This document shows positions 55,314 to 64,000 of a stretch of DNA of 64,000 nucleotides, in pieces; position 1 is the first letter of the stretch; the number at the start of each line of letters is the position of its first letter. The stretch is from NCBI GenBank assembly GCA_964016885.1, contig OZ024743.1, positions 217,806,001-217,870,000 of the forward strand. The letters are read 5' to 3'. Below the pieces are notes generated by a model that was not told the DNA's origin, searched no databases, and saw only the letters and a list, made by a program, of their open reading frames with translations. The position numbers were made by a program, and so were the translations under genes. The stretch comes from Eledone cirrhosa. Its lineage: Eukaryota.

Positions 55314-57231
55314 TTACCTTCCGTGCTCTTGTGAAGGTCGGGTGGTTCGACCTCCATAGTTGGTGGGGTTTCTTTTGGGAACCCCTTTAAAAGGTTTTAC
55401 GTTCGGGGTTTTTCGTATCTCTTTGTATAAATCGAGAGACATTTGCACTAGAAACAAATCTTCCGGCACTCGAAATGTGCACGATTTAAAAGTTTCCCCC
55501 TCTTTTTGTATATTTTCACTTCGTGGTACGAGGGTCATCAGTTCCTTGTGGCCCTACTGTCGAGCACGAAGTTTTGTATGTTTTGTTGGTGTGGTTTTAT
55601 TTGTTTGTGTGGCTGTGGTGGTGATGGTTTTGGTGGTGTTGTTTAGGTTGTATCTGTTTTTGTTGTGAGTGCGGTGTCTGTGGTTACAGATGTTTGTCTG
55701 TGTATTTGTTCTTGCGTCTGTTTAAGTTGTTTGCGTTTGGGGGATTCTGGTGATGGGGGTGTTGATGTTGGTGTTATTGGAGAGATGTTTGCGTGGGTGG
55801 TGTCTGCGTTTTTTATTGTGGGTGATTTTGTGCTTTGTTGAGTTTTCTTTTTCTCTTTGTGTTTCCTTTTTTGTATTTTGGGGGATTTGGGATTTCCCTC
55901 ATCTTCACTACTGGTAGATGAGGGGTCTGTGTCTGTAAGTGTGTCTGTGTGTATGTTTAAGGTTTTATTGGTGTGTGTATTCTGGGGGGGGGGGGGAATT
56001 TGACAGCTTTCCTCGTTTCCCCCTGGGTGGTCAATGTTGGTGTTGTTGTTGGTGGTTTTGCCGGTGCTGGTGTTGGTTGTGGTCCTCGCTCCGGCTTCGG
56101 CAGCAGTGGAGCCTTTCGACCCCTTGCCTCTTTCAGCAGTTGAGGGCAGAAGGCTCGCAAATGGGTTTTTTCCCCACAAACAAAACACTGCGGCCTTTTG
56201 ACTTCGGTCATAATGTGAATGACCGTCCCATTCTGAAGGCGGATGTGGTCCGGGATTGCCTTCACATTCTCGGGTCTGATCTGGAGAAGGATCTCCAGGT
56301 CAACCACGGACCAGTCCTCTCTAGCCGTTCTAGTCACTTCTATAGGGACGGTATCCGTCTCCACCACAATCACACATCCTAGAAGCCACCACATGTCAAG
56401 TCCTGGTGGGATTCTGGGAATGCGGAGACGGGGCGTTCTTTTTCCCATGTGGGAGGGGTACATTAAGACTTTGCTGGTTTTGCAAGGAGTCATAGCGTGT
56501 TTCATAGCGAGGGCTTCTGACTTGAACAACACCCAAATGGTGCCATACTGTCTGCCCCTCTCTATGTATTCGGTGTCTTCTCTGATGCAGCTCAGCGCGA
56601 CTTCGACATCTTCTTGTGGGATTAAAGCTGCCCTTTTGTGCTGAGATGCATCTATAATGCACCGTTCTGCGCTCCACTGCCTCAATAGCTTCTATGGGGA
56701 CAGTTAAGTTGGCCCAGGTTTGCTCTTGCTTGATGGGCTTCCATGCCTGGGTCAACTTTTCATCTTTGTTTGAGTGGTCCATGTTGAAGCATGGCCTCTT
56801 TTTTGCTGCTGCTGCAGCGAAAGTGCTCTTGTTTTTTTTTGTTTTGTTTTTTTGTTTTTTTTTTGTTTTTTTTTTGTTTTTTTGGGGGGGGTCGTTGTCG
56901 TTGTTCTTGTTGGTGTTGTTGTTATCACTGTCACTGTTATCATTGTTGTCTTTGTTGCCACCGTTGTTCTCGGTGCAGTTGGTATTGTTACTGTTGGTGT
57001 TGTCGCTATTTGTGTTCATGTTAGTGGTGTTGATATTGTTGTTGCATTTGTCATTTTTTTCAAAATTAGAATTCTCATTGGTATCATTGGTGTCTTTGTT
57101 TACATTGTTTGTGGTGGTGTTTGTGTTATCAATTTGTGTTAATTTCGCTGTAGTGCTCCTCTCAACTTCTACGTCGTTGTCGCACGACAGCAGGCATATC
57201 GCTGGGGGGGGGGGGGGCCTGGCTCAGCCAT
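55314..57231 (-). pseudogene. Element A ORF1 (zinc-knuckle), disrupted
   Basis: CFVCGEKTHLRAFC in ORF 55957-56685; N/T/K-rich linkers; the last fragment ends QEHGR* at 55314. Confidence 0.82.
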
Positions 57232-57594
57232 GTTTTTTTCCTCCGTAAATTTTTTAAAATGTAAAAAAAGTTCAAATATTTGGGCCTTTTGGCCCAAATA
57301 TTATACTTTCCCCTTCACAGGGCAAAGTCTAAGGGCTTATATCCCTTACACGACAAGAAATATTTAACAACAAATAATTTTAACAGGCGAATAAAGCGCC
57401 TTACTGGGAGCGAGCAAAATACGTCCGCTTAGACCAATAATAATAATAATAATAGTGAGTAAAATCGAAGTTGCAGCTGAGATTAGCATTTTCGCGATTA
57501 GCATCTGTACGTGTGTGTGTGAGTAAAAGGTAAACAGAGATAACAACACAAACGGTGCAGTATATGGAATGTATATGTTAGTTTAACGCTTGAA

Positions 57595-57706
<112 letters not shown>

Positions 57707-57847
57707 ACTGGAATATTATTCAGAAATTATAGCATACAAGTGAATTGGAGAGGCAATTACAAATGCCAGATACTCATTGCTATAAAACAAAAGATATGTA
57801 GAGAAGTACGATATGGTTATTTCATGATTAGAATGGCTCCAACCGCA

Positions 57848-57955
57848 ATCCCGCCGAGGTTAACTTTGCCTTTCACCCTTACGGGGTCGATAAAATAAAG
57901 TACCAGTAATACACTGGACAAGTGGTGGCCTTGTGCCAAAAGTAGAAATAATTAT
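57848..57955 (+). mobile_element. Family-1 SINE, 5' truncated
   Basis: atcccgccgaggttaactttgcctttcacccttacggggtcgataaaataaagtaccag...ggccttgtgccaaaagtagaaataatta. Confidence 0.9.
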
Positions 57956-58199
57956 ATTATGTGCTGATTGTGTGCGTGAATGACCGAAGAAAACTGCATG
58001 ATACAATATGGAGTAATAGAACCCGGTTGTGATCTTGTAGCATTAATGTTACATACTACCGCTCGGAGACGTGATAATATCGGAAGACGCCGAAAATATT
58101 ATGATCTTTATTCAACAGCAGTGAGGTGAACCTCTGTACAAACTGTGTGCTAAATTTAATAGAAAGTAATATAATATAATATAATGTACTATGATATTT

Positions 58200-58251
<52 letters not shown>

Positions 58252-58470
58252 TATACCGGTGTATGTATGTACGCATAAATGAGTGTCTACTTGTATTCAG
58301 ATACACACATTCACAGGGGAAATATGCACTTCTGTATATATGTATATGTATGTGTATCACAACAAACACACACATACATAAACATATATATACATATATG
58401 CACACACAAATATATATTATATATATGCATATATGCACACACAAATATATATTATATATATGTGTATATG

Positions 58471-58502
<32 letters not shown>

Positions 58503-58509
58503 TATATAT

Positions 58510-58604
<95 letters not shown>

Positions 58605-58617
58605 CACATATATATAT

Positions 58618-58648
<31 letters not shown>

Positions 58649-58732
58649 CATTTACATACGCATGTATATATATATGCATATATATATATATATATATGCA
58701 TATATATATATATGCGTATGTAAATGTATATA

Positions 58733-58784
<52 letters not shown>

Positions 58785-58810
58785 TATGTATGTGTGTGTG
58801 ACTCTGTGTG

Positions 58811-58850
<40 letters not shown>

Positions 58851-58864
58851 CACACACACAGAGT

Positions 58865-58908
<44 letters not shown>

Positions 58909-58910
58909 AA
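58200..58910. repeat. About 700-bp compound (TA)n/(CA)n low-complexity tract
   Basis: Directly visible; contains internal inverted duplications. Confidence 0.95.
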
Positions 58911-59865
58911 TATCTACGTGTGTGTGAAGATCTTATTAGTATCACATTGCAAATATTACACGCGCTAATACAATTTTTACACCCTCGAAATTTACTTACT
59001 GGCACTGAAAATCTCATTTAAAAAATAATGCTTTTTTGTCTCCCTGCTCTCTTTAAAATTAGTTGTCGTGACTTGTACAACATCTTTAAGCAGTAACCTA
59101 TGTTGAACACTATGAAGAAAAAGGAAATCATGAGACTGCCAATATCATTCTTTCTTTCTATCGTTTTCTCTTTCTTCTTTTCTGTATTTATAACTTTTCT
59201 ATTTTTCTTTGGATTATTCTTTTTATTTGTATTTGTTTCTGTTTATCTCTGTACTATAGTTTACTTTCTTCTTCCTCTCTTTCAATATATCTTTCACTTA
59301 TGTATATGTTATATATGTATTTTTTTATACTATACTTGCTAACTTTCTCTAACCTTAACTCCTTTACTAAGGATTTTACACATCTTTCGGTTTTAATTGT
59401 TTTTTTCTTTCCTCTCGTTTTCTAACTTACATTTTTGTCACTTACCTTAACTAATTCTATTCATTTTTCGTCCTTTTCTCTTTCTTTCATTCTGTTAAAG
59501 CTGAAATATGAATTGTAGGTGGTGCTTGTGCTGTTATATAAAGGAAGTTACTAGGGAATAAATTTACCAACTTTCGCTGAACGCATTCAGTATTTAATAG
59601 GAATGAAATAAGTTAGTCATGGAAGAAAACGATGGAGGAGAAAAGACCATCTCACAAATTGTATTATTTGTTTTGTTTGTTTTCTTACACATGGTAACTA
59701 AATTTGATATTTTTTCTCTTACATTCATAGCAAACAAGATTATAGCGCTATGCAGTTAGCATTGGCAACGCTGACACATCGGGGCACGCTCCTTTTAGCC
59801 CATCTCCCTTTATCTTAGATAAAATGAAGTAAATAAATGAATAAATAAATATGTAGATGAATAAA

Positions 59866-59918
<53 letters not shown>

Positions 59919-60311
59919 CTGTATAAATTCACAACATCCATCACCATATTCCTTCATTTAACCTCGTGCCTTCCTTTCCCTGTTTCTGAGATTAACTTGA
60001 CAATAAACTTTCTAGCGAAATATTCTGTGACCTGTTAAGCTAGCCAAGCCTATTGGATGATTGCTTCCAATGTCTTACTAACTCGAATTAATTCTCACCC
60101 TTTCCCATCGACACACAACCGCTGTCCCGACGGCAATAGCGATACTGCTATCTTCGCAATATCTATACACTCTAAGTTAATGGTTCCTCTATTTCGACAA
60201 ACAGCAGGATATTTCTCTTGGGCTCCATTTATTTTTGAAATTTTCAAATAGGTGAATGCAATGAAGAGAATGCGAAAGGTAATTGGAAAGGAGACAAGGG
60301 AAATTGACGGA

Positions 60312-60419
<108 letters not shown>

Positions 60420-60710
60420 AATGCATATATATACATATATATATATACATATATACTTGTATATGTGTATATGCATATGCATATACACATATATATATAT
60501 ATATATGCATGTACGTATATATATGTTTGATCACACGCACACCTGCAGCATACATATATACGTGTATGTATGTATGTGCGTGTGTGTGTTTGTAAGTTTT
60601 CAACAATTTGATTAGTTTCTACGTATCTGGCAGGGATGGCAACGTATTCTAATCAGCAAGATGTTGGATCCCTTTGAATACGAAAATAGATTGAATCAGA
60701 GTTTTAAGAC

Positions 60711-60826
60711 AAAAATCAAAGGTTGTTTTGTAAAAATCAAACTGGTTGTTTTGTAAAAATCAAACTGGTTGTTTTGTAAAAATCAAACTGGTTGTTTTGT
60801 AAAAATCAAACTGGTTGTTTTGTAAA
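60711..60826. repeat. 23-bp minisatellite, about 5 copies (taaaaatcaaactggttgttttg)
   Basis: Exact period of 23 (60731, 60754, 60777, 60800). Confidence 0.95.
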
Positions 60827-61068
60827 CTGTGGGGAAAATGTTGTTAGCTCAATTAAATTCAATTAGTTTCAGATAGCACTTTCGTTCAGATTCAGTTTAG
60901 AACAGTATCATTTCCATTAAATTAAATTTTCCAGTCTTATTTTTATATACACACATGACATTTTAGAATCATGGAGAAAATGGAACGCGTATTCGTGCCA
61001 TTTAGCGCCATTACAGGCACACATATGGCTTGCATCTTTACAATATATATATATATATATATTATATA

Positions 61069-62152
61069 CCTGTATATATATAAAATTAAGTATGTGTGTG
61101 TATGTGTGTGTGTGTGTGTGTGGGGGTGTCTGTGTGTCTGTGTGTCTGTGTATCTGTGTGTCTGTGTATTACCTATAGGGGCCTACATTTACGACTTAAT
61201 TTCATGAGACTTTACAAGCGCATAGATTAGTCATCGTGGAGTGTTTTCTATATATCAGCGTATCTTTATTTTTATTCCGGGGTCATTCTGCAGTTGAAAA
61301 TCGATAGGTGGGGGTCACCTTTTTTTATGTATCGAAAAATAATATTTTTGGCTCTAGCTCCCACATTTTGCCACCGATTTCGTTCAAATGTTAAAGCAAA
61401 ATAGAATTTATCATGGCACATCCTGTAATGGCGTTATATTTTGTATTTATTGTTCAGGGACGGCGTGGCAGCCGCTTAAATATTCAAAAATACCACTTTT
61501 ACACTCAAATTTTTCGGCTCTAGCTCCCACATTAATCAACCTACTTTGTTCAAATTTTACACTACGCTAGATCTGATTATTTCACGTCTTAAAGTGGCTT
61601 TACATTTTAGATTTTTTGTTCAGAAACGGCGTGGCGTCTGCTTAAATATTCTAAAATACCATCTTTTCGCTCTAATTTTCGCTCTTTCGGCTCTAGCTCC
61701 CACATTTTTCAACCGATTTCGTTCAAATTCGAAACTTCGGCTCCACCTCACACATAAATCAATTTATTTGGTTCAACCTTTATACTACGTTAGAACCTAT
61801 CATTTCAATTCTTATAGTAGCTTTACACTTTGCATTTTTTGTTCAAGGACGGCGACCTATCATTAGCTCCCACATTTTTCAACCGATTTCGTGTATTTGA
61901 GAATTCATCGGTTTCCAATCAAGTAGCGTGAGGAAATTTGGCTTAGTGTTAGAGGTCATTACCTCCCTCCCCCAGCATGACCCTTCGTCAGTCACCCACG
62001 TTTCTTGGTGATAGAGGTCATCACCACCCTATTCCACTTGGCCTGTGTGTGGCCATAGATGAGTCATCGAGAAGTAGTCGCTAAGATCAAGACATTTTCA
62101 TCAAAGCAGATATTATTTTACTTACCCAGGCAACGCTGGGTACTGCTGCTAA
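61069..62152 (+). mobile_element. Non-autonomous Helitron-like element
   Basis: 5' cctgtatatatataaaatt followed by a (GT/GTCT) tract; internal ~170-bp repeats (ctagctcccacatt at about 61355, 61520, 61694, 61864); 3' hairpin tacccag-gcaacg-ctgggta followed by ctgctgCTAA|t. Confidence 0.72.
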
Positions 62153-62161
62153 TATATATAT

Positions 62162-62296
62162 AAATATTTATTAAAATAGCAGATTAAAGTTTAAGCAAAG
62201 AATCGCTGCTTTCACCCTTAACTTCAGAAGATCCTGTTAAGGGTGAAAGCAGCGATTCTTTGCTTAAACTTTAATCTGGTGATTTAATAAATATTT
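62162..62296. repeat. Inverted repeat (about 60-bp arms, 13-bp loop)
   Basis: 62180-62222 is perfectly complementary to 62236-62278, with an imperfect extension outward. Confidence 0.93.
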
Positions 62297-62353
62297 GCTC
62301 TACGGTTCTTATATATTTGATTCATTTATCCTTATCGAGCCTTATTATTATTA

Positions 62354-62428
<75 letters not shown>

Positions 62429-62469
62429 ATTATATACAATTATATATTGGTTCCTTACCACAATTCCTT

Positions 62470-62524
<55 letters not shown>

Positions 62525-62739
62525 GGACTATCCCGTCGATATCCGAAGTATGAGTGTCCAGCAAAAGTTAAATATGAGATAGTGAACTGATTGAAATACC
62601 CACACAAAGTTTTGTTTTAAGTGGGGAAGGCTTATGTAGGAGCAACCATACTTTTAGGAACTGACGACACATATCTTCGGTACAAATGCTTGCCACCGAA
62701 AATACACGACAGCCCTCAGCTTTAAGAAGAAAAAAAATG

Positions 62740-62771
<32 letters not shown>

Positions 62772-62776
62772 CTATT

Positions 62777-62963
62777 TGGATGGCCGTTGATTCTGGTGAA
62801 TTCCTCGGCCTTTTGCCGGGCCTTGTATTTCATCCTGCCGGGTGTCCAAATATCACCCTCCTCTTCAAGCAAGCTTGGTGGGGTCGTCGGTTTAGTCGCC
62901 GACGACTCGACCATGAGATAGATTGTACTGGGTTACATTATACCAGTAGCACTCGAGAGCGGC

Positions 62964-62968
<5 letters not shown>
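62777..62968 (-). repeat. About 190-bp interspersed repeat, copy 2
   Basis: Homologous to 9376-9570; flanked by (TA)n. Confidence 0.85.
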
Positions 62969-63001
<33 letters not shown>

Positions 63002-63109
63002 TTAGTTAAGCTAAACAAGACCACAAATCTCACAAGGAAGACATTATTAAAAGATTGTCAACATATTTTAGTTTGATGTAAGGAATGTAGAGAATAATAA
63101 TAATAATAT

Positions 63110-63304
63110 TAATAATAATTGTTTCTACTTTAGGCACAAGGCCAGCAATTACCCAGTGCATTACTGGTACTTTATTTTATCGACCCCGTAAGGGTGAAAG
63201 GCAAAGTCAACCCCGGCGGGATTTGAACTCAGATCGTAAAGGGACGTAACTATGCTGGAAAGCATGGCGTCCGACCCTCTACCGATACTGCCAATCCACC
63301 GCCC
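63110..63304 (-). mobile_element. Family-1 SINE, full length
   Basis: Minus strand: ggcggtggattggcagtatcgg (box A) ... gagttcaaatcc (box B) ... agaaacaattattatt. Confidence 0.92.
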
Positions 63305-63309
63305 ATCTC

Positions 63310-63860
63310 ATCGGAACTTCAAAGGAATATAAATTAAAATAATGAGATAATGTTACATAATATTAATGTTACATAACTCTATCACGACCTCTACCGATTA
63401 ACGATAGAACGGAGGTAACTATTAGCTGTCAACATCGAAGGGCTAATTGCTTCGCAAATAGAATTTTTGACCCAACTTAGTCATGTAGCCCCATCTTTAC
63501 TTGTAGCTAATAAGTTAAATTGCTATGAACAACTCGATAATTATAAGTTACCTCCCCTACATTGTCTCTTAATAAAAAATTTTAAAATTACCACTTAACT
63601 ATAAACACCCAGAATTTCTAATCTCTCGAGAAGTTACTTCCCCTGAAAACACCCTCTAATTAGTAAGGTAAATATGCCCTTTGGCAGCCATTTTGTTACC
63701 CAAAGGCAGATCTCAACAATGCAGCCTCGACAGATGAATACTGCTTGATTATGGCTGACAACTGATGCGACCAAGACACCATAGTAAAAACCAATATATG
63801 GAACATTATATTATGTAACATTATCTCATTATTTTAATGTTTTTCCTTTGAAGTTCCGAT
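63310..63860. mobile_element. Non-autonomous DNA transposon / MITE with about 65-bp terminal inverted repeats
   Basis: atcggaacttcaaaggaa..ttaaaataatgagataatgttacataat (from 63310) is complementary to attatgtaacattatctcattattttaa..ttcctttgaagttccgat (to 63860); TSD not resolved. Confidence 0.8.
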
Positions 63861-64000
63861 TAGCCACTCTGTCTCTTAAATTTGTTAATTATTTTCAACT
63901 GAACCAGATCAATTATGATATATAGTCATCTGATCCAGAAATATTATATGGAGTAGCGAAACAATTGTAAACGGACATTATTATTATTAATATTATTATT

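Larger units (their letters stand above)
51745..57435 (-). mobile_element. Full-length decayed L1/Tx1-clade retrotransposon (element A)
   Basis: ORF1 and ORF2 fragments on the minus strand; (att)n at both ends. Confidence 0.93.

Noticed and set aside
43779-57492. Flanking 42-bp direct repeats read as LTRs or TSDs of one composite 14-kb element
   Set aside because: The copies are diverged, not at the precise boundaries of the stack, and better explained as separate members of a repeat family.
60095-60250. Possible minus-strand exon or PIF1-like peptide (IAVSLLPSG) ending at a GTGAGA donor
   Set aside because: The similarity is too weak, there is no convincing acceptor, and there are no partner exons.
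60711-60826. 23-bp direct repeats resembling a CRISPR array
   Set aside because: No spacers, eukaryotic context and no cas genes; an ordinary minisatellite.

Overview
This is AT-rich eukaryotic non-coding DNA saturated with microsatellites, and no host gene is recognisable. The SINE families and repeat landscape suggest a cephalopod (Octopus-like) genome; that is inference. Four decayed L1/Tx1-clade non-LTR retrotransposons dominate. One is full-length on + (16273-21954) inside a ~70-bp satellite. Three are stacked head-to-tail on - (57435-44528), separated by (ATT)n tracts and SINEs. Also present: Penelope-like remnants with minimal hammerhead-like motifs, CR1-group and RTE fragments, an internally deleted RTE, two tRNA-derived SINE families, MITEs, a Helitron-like element and many fold-back palindromes. 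The most interesting signals are a perfect AG|GTAAGT splice donor conserved at the ORF1/ORF2 junction of three divergent Tx1 elements, apparent (ATT)n-directed stacking of LINEs and SINEs with similar 3' ends, a covarying 3'UTR hairpin, and hammerhead-like remnants. Most entries in the ORF track are microsatellite artefacts. All alignments were done by eye, so boundaries are approximate.
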